Origin: Lama glama
Lineage: Eukaryota
DNA length: 64,000 bases
Direction of reading: 5' to 3'
Assembly (NCBI GenBank): GCA_028534125.1
Contig: CM052818.1
Span: 39,062,001 to 39,126,000, forward strand
Made by a program: the position numbers and the translations under genes. The notes under the pieces are model-generated. The model did no database searches. It saw nothing but the letters and a program-made list of their open reading frames with translations, and had not been told where the DNA came from. Within the stretch, counting starts at the first letter, position 1. Every line of letters begins with the position of its first letter. This document shows positions 51,012 to 64,000 of the stretch, piece after piece.

Positions 51012-54000
51012 GTGAGTGTAGCCCGGGACCGCGCTGGGAGGCGGCGGGAAGCTGGGGCTGGCAGACCCGCCGATGCCGGCGGCGGCACGTGGAGGGGGAG
51101 GGGAAGCGGGGACTTCCCTTCTTCCCGCGCTAGCCCAGCGGGCCCAGGGACCTGGAGCCCGGAAATCAGGGCTCCCACCCCAATTGCCTCCACCGTCGGG
51201 GGGCGCCGTGCAGCTTTTGCTGCTCCGGGCCGGGGCCTGGGGCGCCCAGCGGAGCGGAGCCTGTGCCGGGGCCCCGCGCTCAATTATATAAAACGGCTCC
51301 ACTCGAGAAGGGGCCCGCCAGCCTGCGGCTGCGCCTGGGGACACCGGCTATCATCCAGCCACCCCCTGCACCGCGGCGGCCGGGTTCCCGCCGGTAACCC
51401 GGGTGGATGCTGTGATCGCGGCAACTACGCCCCGCCCGCGAACCCTAATTCAAACCAGACCAGCCGAGCCGGGGCGCCTGGCCCCTCTGGCGGAGGCAAG
51501 TTTGGGCGCAGCGGAGTCGGCGCGGGAGCAGGCGGGCGTATTCGCCAAGGAGCCCCAGCCAGGACTGCGAGGGGACGGGGCGGGCCGGTGGAGGTGGGGT
51601 CCTAGGCTGTCCGCTGACTGCTCTAGAGGAGCCGGGCCGAGCTGGTAGCGTGAGGTTCTGGGAAGTTGGCTCTGGAACGCTAAAGACCCGCTGTAACCCA
51701 ACTTCTGGGCTGCTAAGTTGTGCTGCCCGCAGAGAGGCGCGAGCCGGCGCTGGGCACGGCCCGGGCGCCCAGGCGGCTTCCACGCGAGTAGACCCGGGAA
51801 TGGCTCTTCCCCTCCCCCGACCTGGCTTTGTGCTGGAGCCGCGCGGAGGGAAGGCGGGTCACTTGGCCCGCCCAGTGGAGCTGGAGGGAAAGGGGGACAA
51901 ATGTGGAGCCCGAGGCTGTGGGGAGGCCTTTGGGTAGGACTCCAGCATCTACCTTTGGCGAGGGGTGGGTCCCCTCTAAAGAGGGACCTACCCGACAAAG
52001 AGCATCCCGAGGGTCCCCAGAAAGTGATCTCCCGCCCCAGCCGCCGTCCGCTGGCCCGCCTTCCCCAAAGGGGGCGCTTTGTTCTCGGCCCCTGTAACCC
52101 TTTCCTGGGAACCGCCCCGCAGCGCCGGCCCTGACGTGGGCTGGGGCCTGGGCTGCCGCCAGGTGTCAGCGCTGGCCGCTGGGTGCCCACGTCCACCGTC
52201 CAGCCCCTACGCCCAGTGCTAGAGTACCGGGGTCCTCCCTGCGGGCGGGTCGGCCATCCCCAGGGATGGAAAGGGGAGATGCGGACCGAGGGGCTCTTCC
52301 CCTTCCGGAAGTGGCGGTCTCTCGCCACAACATCTGGACAGCTGGACTTCCCTAGCTCTGGCAAAAGGAGGCACGTGGGAGGGGAAGGAACGTCTGCCGG
52401 GGGTGGGTATCCCGGTCCAACACTTACAATGTATTATCTCTCAGCAACGCCAACCCTCCAAGCGGGTCCTTTCGTAATAATAGTAGCTCCCAGTCATTGA
52501 GAGCCTTGCGGTATTTCACAGGGTCTGGCTCAGGCGAGGTGCTTTCCAGGCTGATCTGTAAAGTGCACTCCATGCTTCCCAGGTGACTGTTGTGCTTGGA
52601 AGAATTTTGGAGTCCAGGAAAGAGTCCCTCCTGCTCTTGAATGCTGATGAGTTGGGAGTGTGTGCATATGTGGTGCCCATTGCTCCCCTAAGCCATGGGG
52701 ACAGACAGGATTTCTGAGCTGGGTCTCCAGAGCACTTCTGGCTTTCAGGTCCCAGAAGTTGGCATCTGGCTTCTCCTTCACTCTTGAAGGTCGTGGCTTC
52801 AGTGGGATTCATACTGCCCCTTGAATCAATAATTAATACTCTGGAGAAGGAGGTGGAGGAGTTTGGCTCCCTGGCCCACCTGGCATTAACTGGCTGCCCT
52901 ACTCTCTCTAGGCTCAAAATGGGGCCTCAGCAGTACTCCACCTTTTTCTAGCCAGAGTCGCGAGGAGTGGTGTTCTTTTGCCTGCCCTACGTAGGCTGGC
53001 AGTCCTCTGAGCTGGGATCCCAGAGCACCCTTAACGTGGAGAGGCAGATGGGACCATGTTTCCCAGACTTTTTCTGTGCTGGGAAGGAGCAGATGCTGCA
53101 TTTGTCACCCCCTCCCCCACCCCCCGGCCTAGAAACTTTGATCCATTATGGAGATACAGGGCTGAGAGACAGCTGAGTTTCAAGTCTGGGGCAGGGGAGG
53201 CTCAATAGAGCTGCAGTGGTGGGAGGCTTCCTGGAGGAGGTGGTTGAGCTGAGCCTGAAAACACTAAACTTTGGGGTCAGACTTTGGCTCAGAGCTTAAG
53301 TCTTCTTTTATAAAGTTTAGTTTGTTTTCTCTTTCCCAGCTCTATCTTCTCCCTTTTACAGTGGATGTCCGTATTTGGTTAGCAGTAGGGGCATAAAGTA
53401 CCTTCCCAGAGCCCTCTTCTGCATTCTTCCTAAAAGAAATAAGGCAGCGGGATTTGTTGAAATAGGAGATGTCCGCTGGTTGCAGAGACCTGGCCTCTCC
53501 CAGGTTTCACTTTGGCCCCATTGGGAAGCAGGTCAGAACCCCCTGGGGACCAGTGAGGTAGGGTATGATCCTGGGCGCCTGATTTGGACAAGGGAAAGCT
53601 GCTAGGGCAGGAGGTTGCTCAAAACCACTCCCAAGAGATGAGAACAGGTTTGTCTAAAAAGCTTTCTGTGTGTGGTTGTGTGTATATGAGAGATTCCCGT
53701 GGTCTTGTTTCTGCCATGCAAGAAAAATTGCTTGTTCTGGGAAGTTATTTGCTGTTTTCCTCTCTTCTCTTTCTTGAAAGGCATAAAATCCCTTTTTGCC
53801 TTAATTATGGGGGCTAGTAGAGACATTTCCCGACGGCCTGGCAGAGTGGGTGGGGGCTGGGGAAAGCTCTAACTGCCTTGGTCCGCCTGGGCTCAGAGCC
53901 TTCTGGAGGTGATGTCACTCCTGGCTTTGGTTCCTTGGGGAGGGTGGGGCTGGTTTAAGTCTCTACCTGTGGCTCGTGGTGGGTTCCAATAAAACCTCAC

Positions 54001-56466
54001 TAACCCAAATTGTTGGGGAGAGGGATAAGAAAGGAGAGGAGCCTGGAAAGAATTAATGAAGAGCTTCAATTTTGGAGAATTTTATACAGGAATCGTTTAT
54101 TGAAGGAGAATTTTGGATTCTGAAATCCCTTGAGAATGAAGTATCCTTGGTAGCCAGGTTTTTTTCAGTAAGCTAAGAATCCGTATTACCCCCACAAGTA
54201 TTCTTACTTTGGGCAGGACTCCGAAATATTTATTTCCCTTACTTTATTAACAAAAGAATACTAGGCATAGTTTAATCTCTGGATGCCAGGGTCCTCACAG
54301 CTGTCACCAAGTTAGGTTATGGCATTTGTCTCCTGGGTTTTTGAGCTCTGAGCATACTTTGTCCCTGGGCCCGGTGCCCCCATGGTGGTACATTTGGAAT
54401 TCTGGTTTCTCTTTCTCCTCTTCTATCCCTGTCTGACGGCAGCCAAAAGTGGGCGTAGGCGTAGCAAGTGGCTTTTCAGTTCAGTTCTAACTGGCACTTT
54501 TCTCCAGCAGTACTAAGAAACTAGACAGATTTGCTCGAATTATTTCTAAGACAGTTTTTGGCACTGAGTAAGGGTCTCACCTGTAAGTAATGTTCATGAT
54601 CTGTGATAATGTGGATTTTGTGCCTTCATGGCCCCAGCTGGGACTCCGTAGTATGCCTGATAGTACCCTAGATAACAAAGAGGCTGTCAAGGGAGATGCT
54701 TATGGACTCCCTTGTTGAATAGGTGTCAGTGACCTCTGGGGGAAGCACCTGACCATGAGTTGTGGTGACCTGCCTGTCACAGGTAACAACTGGCAAGGCT
54801 AACTCGCTATAAATCCTGATTGACAAGGGCCCTTGTCCTCAGCTTGGGTCCTGTCGCCATTTTCTCATCGTATTTCACTTGGGTGATAGTGTACGCATTG
54901 CAGCGCACCCAGCTTTGGATGAAGTCGAGCCCTGGGATTGGTCTCTGCTCTGCCACTAATTTACCATGTAATCTCAGGCAAGTCACTTTGCTTCCAAGTC
55001 TTGACATCCTGTGTCAAGCGGACATCAGACCTGTTCTCCCTGTCCTCATTCTGTCATTTGAGTATTCATTTCATAATGAAGGTGTGAAAGTGTTTGGTAA
55101 GGAGGGCGCCAGAGGAAAGTTAGCTGTTGATCGAATTAGGGTCATCTTTAACTGAATGCCTACTATTGAGTGCTCCATACTTTCCTGCATCCTTATTTCA
55201 TCTTTACCCCAAACCTTTACCATGTATGTCATTGTCCCCATTTTGTGGATGAGGCCAGCAGGGGTGAGCCCCTCCAAGGGAACAACATGGAAGCACCAGA
55301 ATTTGTACATATGTGTGTGCCTATGTGTCTGGCATGAAGAAACTGCAGGATTGGCAAGTCTCCCCCATGAAGCCCGGCCTGCGAGGCTGGCTGAAACCTG
55401 CAGAGCTTGCCCTTGCACTTGCCCCCGGGGCGGCAGCCAGCCTACTCTGACTTTCATCTTGGGCACTGGGGAAGCATTTGTGGAATTAGTAGATCTCTTT
55501 TTAAGCCTGGAAGGCAGGCACTGTGGCACCAGTTGAGTGACTAGAACCGAGGACTTCTGGCTCCTGCACTGGGCTCACTCCTGCCGTCCACCCCCATCTC
55601 CAGGTCCCACTGCCAGAGCGGCCACATGAGGATTTGATCATTAAATGAGCTCTAGTCCCAGAGCCCTGGGGTTTTTACAGAACAAACGATTTCCTGATTC
55701 CCTTCTTCTTTCCAACAACAAATTTTGGAGTCTTGGGTTGAAACCCTCCTTGAAGGCCTGCATAAGTCTGTCTAGAGGGAAGGAATGGGGTTAACGGAGT
55801 CTGTGGAAAGAAGACTTTTGGCGCCAGGATCGTACACCCTGGAACAGATTCAGCGCAGTGTCATTTCCCTCTCAGCTGTTCCAGCAGAGGTTGGGCTTTA
55901 GATGGGAGCGTGCATTCGGGAACCTCCCTCTGAGCGGCCATGAGTGCCCTGGCAGTGCCCAGGGAGGGCAGGCCTTGTATGCACCTCTCGACACCAGGAG
56001 TCACATTTGGGGCACAGGCCAGAGAAGTGAGGCCACGAGGCAAGTCCCTGCGCTCGGGGTCACTTCAGCAACTGTGCAACTTGTGGCTCCAGGCAGACAT
56101 GGGGAGCCCCCTCCCCTCCACTGCCCCCCCCCCAGAAGGACTAACTTTATCTGTGTGATGTAACTGCTTCTGCCTGTCCTCAGGATGCTGACGTTGGGTG
56201 GGGAGTCAGCACTAGAAAGTCCTCTGCATCCTCAGGTCCACCGCAAGTGTGTGGAGACACACTTACAGCGAGGGGGCGCATCGGGCAGCCGTGGTGCTCG
56301 GGGCCGCCCAGTCAGGAGACGGGAGGCTTGAGGGCCTCTCTCCTGCGCTCGTGGCTCTGTGGTTCTGCCTAATTATATGTAGAGGCTGCTCCTCCTCTGG
56401 CCTTCAGCCCTGGGAAAAAACTCCTTTTCCCAGTGACTCACCTGAAGGTTGCAGCCCCACGAGTCC

Positions 56467-56498
<32 letters not shown>
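56467..56498. repeat. (TG)n microsatellite
   Basis: Visible directly. Confidence 0.9.
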
Positions 56499-56499
<1 letters not shown>

Positions 56500-59194
56500 C
56501 ATGCCGGTGTGGAGCGGTGAGCCTGCAGCATGGGTTGCAGCTGGGCTTTGCCTGGGCGGTCCTGACTTGATTTCCCTATTGGACATTCCTGCTGGTTAGG
56601 CTGCAGTCCGAGATTTTTGGAAACCTGGTCACCATCTGTCTGCAACTTCCTCCTCAGAAACCAGGAAGCTGTCTTCCTCACTCCCTCCCTTTCTGGCTGT
56701 CTTTTCCCTTTTTAGCTGCAGCTCTGACACCCCTCCATCCCCAGCTTTAGAAATCTGCGGAAGTTATTCTTACAGACAAGGGCAGCCAGGACACCTGTCT
56801 TCCTAGTCTCAGTTTAACCCTCCACTGTGTGACTTGGGCAGGTCATTGCTCCTCTGTGCCTGCTCCCCTGTGTGCTCAAGAGGCCTCCCTTTCCTGCTTC
56901 AGCTCTGACAGCCCGTGGTTGCAGAGAGACCTTGCTCTGGGAAGGGAGACGGTGGCACTGGAGGGACGTGGCTGGGGCTCAGGGTCCTCCACCATTATTC
57001 TTCTGGGGACTCGAGGGAGTGCTAGCTGCCTGAGGGGTGGAGGTCAGGGCAGGCTGCTTGGAGGAGGTGGACTCAGGCTCAGTGTGGGAACCAGAGGTGG
57101 CTGGAAGGCCCTTGGGCAAGGTCAGGCTGAGGGTGGGGGCCAGGTGATGTTCCCTGCACACACCCAGGCATCCTGGCCACCTGCCCCAGGTCCGCTCATC
57201 AGCAGGAACGGAAGCCATGTAGGGCAGGTTGGGGCAGTGGGGAAAGTGGGCATGTTTATCGCTCCACTCATCAGCTGAGTCATGGTGCCAGGCCCACAGA
57301 TCCTCCCCTGAGACTCATCCAACCAGCCTTGTCCGTGAACCCACTGTGTGCTGGGCCTGGGCACTATGTGTAAGGCAGGTGGGGGCTCAAGGGCCTGGCT
57401 TCCAACCCTGACCCTCCTCTCTTTACTGCTAGGTGGCTATGCATGGGCTTCTTTGGCCTCAGTGAGTCCATCTGTGAAATGGGGGGAGGGGTTGAGAGGC
57501 CAGGTCTTACATTTGGCTGTTAGTGATGTCTCGTGGCTGTGTCACAGAACTGCTAAGCATCTGGGTGGGGCCTGCCTCTGCTCCTGCTGCCCCAGGAGAG
57601 TTCTGCCTCAAGCATGGGGAGTTGTGGAGCTTACCTGGCTTGATCAGATCTCCAGCCCAGAGCCTGGTTGCCTGCCATGTGCACAGCCCTGTACAGGTGG
57701 GGAAGGGTCCACGCCTGGTCCAGGGGAACATGTATGAGAGGGCCGCTGTTACTGGGACCAGATAGGAAGGTTAGTCTGTGGGGCCAAAGGAGCAGTGATG
57801 ACTGAAGGTCATTCAGCCTCAGAAAGAGTTCGTCCGGGGGCCCCACAATACAGCAGTTTCAAAGCAGGGGCTCAGGCTATAAAGCTGGGCATTTTCTGTG
57901 TTAGGGGAAGGGGTTCCCCAGATGGAGGCAGTGGGAATGGCAGAGGCTGCCAGGCCTGCACTGGGACCATTCTTGGGCTCCATTCATTTCCAAAGGTGTT
58001 AATAGAACTGTCCTACGTGACCTTGAATTCACAACCTTTCCCACTTGGGGCCACCTGGCCCTTCCTATGGCCACACTGGCCCTTGTCGAGTGCCTTCTGC
58101 TCCCCAGCAGCCTGAGGAGACAGGGTTCTGGGCCTGGCCCAGGGTGTGTGGGATGTGGGGAGGTGGGAGAGAACTTCTGGAGAGCTGAAATGGCTCGTCC
58201 ACCCCGGCTCCTAGTGTGTGCCGGGCATCAGGAGGCCTCAGGAGGATGTGAGGACTTGCAGTGCTGCTTCTGTGCCACATCTGATGCCCTGGCCATGTCT
58301 GACCTGGTCGGGGACTTGACTGTGTCAGTCCTGCGGCAGGGGCACAGAGTTAGCGTTGGCTTTTTTTCTAGTAGCTTCTCAGCATCCCTGCTGCACACGA
58401 CACTGCCCAGGGCCTTGGTGCCCCATCTCCGGGGAGCGTCCTGGAGGGACATGTAGTCAGGTTTGGGCTCGCAGGGCCCCAAGATGCAGGGTGTTTCAGG
58501 AGCTCTGAGACTGTGGCAGAGGCTGACTCCACTCCAGCTTCTCCCAGAGGAAGCTGCTGGGGTGCGATGCTGCTGTCCGTGGTGACCGTGCTCCTCCAGG
58601 CTGGGGTGTGGGGAGGGCCAGGCTAGGAGAATGGGCCCACTTGGGCTGAGCTGAGATCCTCAAGCTCTGTCCCCTGCCTCCCCTCCCCACCCCTAACAGG
58701 CACTGGAGAGGTTGGGGGACAGGGTCTGAGGGATGAGCTTAGGTGCACAGTTTCCCTGGGCCGGGCCTGGTTGTTGTAAAGTCCTGGGAAGTCTCAAGCC
58801 AGGAAGCTGGCCTCGAGGTCTCCGTGGTGAGTCTGAAGCAATGACTGAGGCCACTGGGATTCTGGGAATTGGCGCAAGGAGCAGAGAGCCCCCAACTTTA
58901 CCCCTCTCCCTTCCAACCCTCTGTGGAACAGGATCATTCTTTTAGATCCCCTCTAGAGGGGCTGAGCATCTAATAGATACCCTGGTCCACCTCTCCTCCC
59001 AGTGTGATGGTGGCAGCCTGAGCTTGAATGCCTGAGTCTGCCTACCTCTGGCGTAGGTACTGGGGCCCCATCTGGGGTCCTGAAGCCTTGGGGCTGGGCA
59101 GCAAAATGGGACCCAGAATTGGCTGGCTAGTCTGCCTTGGTTAGTCCCATCTGGGGCTGGAACAGAGAGGTGTTGAGGGGAGGCTGGAAAAGTC

Positions 59195-59345
59195 CAGGAC
59201 ATGGAGTCTGGCCAACCCAGATCATTACCAGACTCCACCACTTCCTCCCTGTAGAATCTTGGACATGTTTCGTCACCTGCCTCTAAGCCTCAGTTTCCTC
59301 ATATGTAAATTAACATCTTTCCTGTCCTGCTTCCCAGGGCTTTTG
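59195..59345 (+). mobile_element. MIR SINE
   Basis: cctctaagcctcagtttcctcatatgtaaa core. Confidence 0.7.
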
Positions 59346-59974
59346 GAAAGATCCAGTGGAATAACATGTGGCATGGTTGGGAGCCCCTCCTTGTCTGGGC
59401 CCAGAGGAGCAAGTCTGGGAGAGCTTTGGGAGTCCCCTGGGGAGAGCTCCTGAGGACTGTGACTGGGAGAAGGGGGACAGTCTGGCCTGGTCTGGGGTGG
59501 GGAGTTGTCACTCAGTGTGAATGGCCAGCTGGTCTCACCCCTGTGTGCTGACGTAGCCTGCAAACATGGCTTTTGCCCCTGCTCAGAAATATGAGCCTTC
59601 ACCGGCAGGCCAGACTTTGCTCGCCTCTGCCAAGGGCTGGCTTCTGACCTGAGGAGGTGTGGTCTGGGCTGGCAGGCGGTGGGAGGGGGCCCAGTGAACC
59701 CAGACACTGGGGCACCTGGGTAGGGTCTCAGGCCAGCTGAACAGGACCCCCTGGCTATGGGGGACAGTGGCGGGTTCCCAGAACTGCAGGCTGAGGTTTG
59801 CTTTGGAAGGGAGGGAGAGCCCCACCCATGGGTCCTCCTTCCTTCTGCACTTTCCCCTGGGCCGCCTCCAGTGGAAACCATGGCTATTTTCTTCCTGAGG
59901 ATGAGACAGCTGGTGGTCTTCCCTGTGACAGAGTGCATGCCTGCTATAGCAAGACTGCCTGGCCCCAGACCCTC

Positions 59975-60165
59975 TCTCTAGCACTCCAGTGGCTGTGTGC
60001 CCTGGGACAGATGACTTGTCTTCTTTGCCTCAATTTTCCCATCTGTAAGATAGGTATGGTGCTAGAATCTAAAGTTACCATGAGAAGTAAATGAATTCAT
60101 TCAGGTCAAGTGCTTAGACTGTACCTGGCACATAGTAGTCAAGAAATATTAGCTGCGATTACTGT
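59975..60165 (+). mobile_element. MIR SINE
   Basis: gcctcaattttcccatctgtaagataggtat...aagtgcttagactgtacctggcacatagtag. Confidence 0.8.
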
Positions 60166-63100
60166 TTTTCCCTCCAAGGCTTCATTCAGGTATTTCTATT
60201 TTTCAAGTGGTCCCCTAGCCCAGGTCAGTTCTTGGGTTCTTCTTCTACCCTAAGACTGCCCTTGAGCTCTGGGCAAAGTGTTAGGGCTTCTTCCCCTTCC
60301 GGGGATGACTCTAAGCTCCTAAGACTAGGGCTGCATCCACAGCCTTCTTTTCAGCTGCCTTAGCACCTACTGTGTGCAGGTGCTGCCAGGGCCTGGGAAC
60401 GCAGTGCCGGGCGTTGGAAGCTGTGTGAACCTTCTCGCCATCAAGAGGCCCCTGGAGGAGGGCAGGCTAACAGTGAAGGGTGCTGGGCTGCTTTGCTTCC
60501 AATTGGGCTGGAGTACCACCGGTAATCTGGGGAGCGGGCCCAGCCTATTCAGACCTGGCCATCACAGAAAATTCTGCCTTCCATCACGCAGGCCAGAAAG
60601 GACCAGCTTCACTCTGCCATGGGACCCCTTCCAGGAGACTCTGCCCTTCCTGTGTCTCTGACTGGGCTTCCAGCAGCCTCAGTACCTACTTAATCTGAAT
60701 TGTACTTTATCCTGGAGGCAGGTTCCCAGACTAGCCCATGATTCTTCTGTATGTGGGAGGAGAAGCCATGTACCTCTGTGACTTAAACAGGAACAAAGGG
60801 AATTTCATTGTTCTTTCTTGGGTATAGGGTTGGGGGTGACATTCTGACTCAGGTTAAAAATTTGCTCTTGGCATCTCCCTTGGCCTCCTTTTTGCAATCC
60901 TTTCCCATCTTCCAAAGCTCCTACCCATCCCCAGTGCCCCAGTGCCAGAATCACCCCTCCCCTATAGAGCTGGTTTCTGCTTTAATGTGAGTGACTAGCA
61001 CCCCTTAGCCTTCCCAGAGGTATTTTCACCTCAAAAAAGAGGTGCCCTGCAACCACAAGGGCACTGATGGGAGAGATTTGGGTGATAAAGTGCTCCCCCT
61101 CCCTCCACAGACACACAGCTGGAGCCCTGCCTGGTTGCAGGTGTGTCAAAAGCTGCACGTTTCTGCCTCCTTGAAACCTGAGGACATTTTATTTAGCCAG
61201 AGCAGGGGGAGGATGTTTCTAGAAACCTATCTGCCAGAGGTGTCAGGCCCCCAAGCCAAGTGAATTCTGGGGATCAGTCAGCTAGAGGGCAGTTCGGGGG
61301 GGGCGCCCTTGGGGGGCTGACAGGGGCATCCTGCCATGGGCCTCTGGCCTTAGCTGTTTCATTGGATCAGCCAAGGCTGAGGTGGGGGACAAGGCTCTGG
61401 GAGCTTTGGCTACTCCCTCTGTCTCCGTGGGTTGACAGTTGTCATCCCCAGCGTCACTTTGACTTGGGACATCTCCAGCATCCTGCCTAGGCCATCACCC
61501 CCCTGGGAAGTGGAGAGCGGTGACACTGAGTCACTGTGATCTAATACCCCTTCCCCAGTTGCCATTGCAGGCTTTCCCCCTCTGAGTACCACGCTGGTGG
61601 TACACCACCCCTCCCTCGGGTGGGCAGCCTGCTGTGGCTGCTGCATCTGGTTGCCCCTCCAGGGCAGGCCTTGACTCCCTAGTCACAGACTTGGAACTCA
61701 GACCTCCTCACCCCTTGCCACCTCTCGGCCAAGCCCCTGATGTGCAGCTGGAAACCGTTAAGCTGGAAACCGTGCCCAGGCTATAACCAGGTTTCCTGGT
61801 ACCGGGCCTAGTCACTTTCCCCTGGCCACCCCTTGTCTGGCTCCCAGGGCAGCACCAGGCACAGAGGCTGGCTGGGCCAGGCTGGGCGGCCTTGCTCAAC
61901 GCCCAAGTGGAATCCTGCCCTGCCTGGCCCAGGTTCTGGCAGGTGGGGAAAAGCAGAGGAACTGGTCTTCCAGCTCCATGGCCCCACACCCAGCCCTCCG
62001 CTGGGCCTGTTCTAAGACGAGTCTCGGCACGCGGGCAGAGAGGCGGGCGCCAGCTCTGTGGAGGGGTGGCTGGGGGGTGCCAGTGGTAGCTCTGATCTGG
62101 CTTGGGCATCGCGACTGGCACTGGCTTCCAGGAACCCCCTCCCTCAACACAAACCTGACCTCTCAGGGTACCCCAAGGGAGAAAGGCTCTACAACCTTGA
62201 CCTCGGGTTTCCCTTCTGGAAGCCCCGACCTGTAGTGCGTGGGAAATGCTACCGCGGGGGGTCTTTAATCCAAGTACGGATGGCTCCCTGCACTCTGGCC
62301 CTGCCCTGGAATCCCCCGGAGCCATGAGGTATGTCTCTGAGTGGCAGGTGGGGACAGCTGAGGTCAGGGCGGTGTGCATGGAGGAAGGGGAGCATGCCCA
62401 GGAGGTCCCCTAAAAGGTGCTCCTCCTCCGGGGCCCTGTTAGTGCCCTCACAGGTGCACATTCTTGGGCTGAAGGCGGAAGAGGCCCCCTCTTCCCTGCC
62501 TGCTAGTTCCTGGGCCCCTCTGGCCTTGGGCCCTACACATCACCCCTCTGCAGGTCCCAGCTTGACTTGGGTCTCCAAGAGCTGATAAATCACTGTGCCT
62601 GTCAGGCCGGAAATGCTGATGCTGCCCTGAGGCACTGGTGGGGCCCCACCCTCCTGGGGTGTCTTTATTTGGTGGGGAGAGAGTGGATTTCAGGGTCTTG
62701 AGGCCAAAGCTGGGAGATCTGGGCCTCCTCAGTGGCCACGCATGCCTCCCTGGCAGCTTCCAAGTTAGGAAAGAAAAGCCCCCAGAGAGGAAGTGATTTA
62801 GCTACCATCACCATGACATCCTGGGGCAGGGGGAGTCCCAGTGTCTTCCTGGGCCTGGGCTGTGGTCCTGCCCCTCCTACCCACTCCCACAAGGCTGGCT
62901 GTGGCCAGCTTATCACCCCTACACCACTCTGGCCTCACTGACAAGGAATTGGGGCCACAGCTCCCAGATCCCAGCCTAGCCTGTCAGAACCCTAAAGGGG
63001 CTTAGACTTCTTCAGCCAAGCCTCTTCTGTTGTCCAGGTGGGAAACAGGTCCAGAGAGAGACAGAGAGATGCCCAGGTCACCAAGGAACAATACAGCAGG

Positions 63101-64000
63101 ACACCTGGGGAAGCCACCCTGGTCAGGGCTCCTTTTCCCCTGAGAATCTTGATCTAAGATGCTTTGGGTTTGGCCCACTTGTCCCCTTGGGTCCATGCTC
63201 AGGCCATGTTAGCCAGGGCTAAAAGAGGGGGTACAAATGATCCCCCAAATGAGGGAAAGCAGAGTCACAAACCCTACTGCTGCGGGGCACAGGGGGTCTG
63301 GTAGGCCACGGGAGCAGGGCTGGGTGTTTGCAACTTTTCTTCCCCTGCTGCTCGAGGGGCAGGCTGGTACCCCTGGAAGATGGCTCTGTAGCTCCTGATC
63401 CCCTCCCTGCCCCTTCGCCCCAGTGGTGGGGTCCCTGGGGGAGCATCAGTGTCTCTGTGCTTGCTTTTGTTGGTTCAGCCTGGTCACTGCATCAGGCCAG
63501 CCTACGGGACGACGGCTGCCTGGAGAACCGAGGGGGTCCTGCTCAGCCCCAGGCAGGCAGGCAGGCCCGAGGCTCAGCCAGGCTCAGCCGGGCTCAGCCT
63601 CGGGACAGATGAGTCTTGCTTTTTTTTTCCTGCTTCTTGCTTTGCTGGGAATTAAGGGGTTGGTGCCTCTGGAAGCTCGGGGGTTCTCCTAGGTCCACAG
63701 TGAGGCCTCTTCTGCAGACTGGGCAGGCGCTGCATTGTACTGGCTGTGGAGAGTGGACATATCTGATGTATAGAGAGAATGTTCCAGAACTTGGTTGGAT
63801 CATTTTGCCTCTAGGGCTTGTATACAGGGCTATCTGATACCTCTTCTTTGAACATTGGACCTGAGTGGGGGTCTTGCCCTCCCCAGTGCCTCCCCCAGGC
63901 CACTCTGGGTCAGGCCTTTTCCTGTTGAGACTGCTCTCCAAGTGCAGTCTGCAGACCACCTACGGGAGCTGGGAGCTGGCAGTGTGCAGAGGCCTGGGCT

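Larger units (their letters stand above)
50280..52350. other. SDC1: CpG island over the SDC1 promoter, exon 1 and 5' intron 1
   Basis: Very high G+C and CpG density compared with the flanks. Boundaries judged by eye. Confidence 0.9.

Noticed and set aside
50678..52500. Overlapping long ORFs (up to 304 aa) on both strands at SDC1
   Set aside because: Expected from stop-codon scarcity in a CpG island. Only the 22-codon exon 1 has a recognisable product and a splice donor.
63370..63388. Possible SDC1 exon 2 (PLEDGS)
   Set aside because: Lacks the expected QIV...DQDGSGDDSDNFSGSG heparan-sulfate attachment sequence and a suitable acceptor, so the resemblance is chance. Exon 2 lies beyond the window.

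Overview
Mammalian genomic DNA, probably camelid or another cetartiodactyl (judged from a tRNA-Ala-derived SINE and artiodactyl-type L1 3' ends), covering the PUM2-SDC1 junction with both genes on the + strand. Bases 1-31.8 kb hold the last 11 coding exons of PUM2 (Pumilio 2), including the complete 8-repeat PUF domain with canonical base-recognition residues, plus a ~2.9 kb 3' UTR. About 19 kb of repeat-rich intergenic DNA follows, then the SDC1 (syndecan-1) CpG-island promoter, exon 1 (signal peptide) and ~13 kb of intron 1; exon 2 is not in the window. I found no new gene system, and nearly all long ORFs in the track are artefacts of repeats or GC-rich DNA. The most notable observations are: a TSD-bounded L1 3' transduction carrying an LTR-like tag inside a nested L1 cluster; a probable ortholog of the Sdc1 FiRE enhancer ~8 kb upstream of SDC1; a PUM2 3' UTR dense in Pumilio elements, with miR-134 sites dependent on poly(A) site choice; several fine-scale PUM2 splice alternatives; a U6 retrocopy with TSDs; and an in-frame GUG in strong Kozak context upstream of the SDC1 ATG. 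Gene and repeat names come from recognition, not database searches, and repeat boundaries are approximate.
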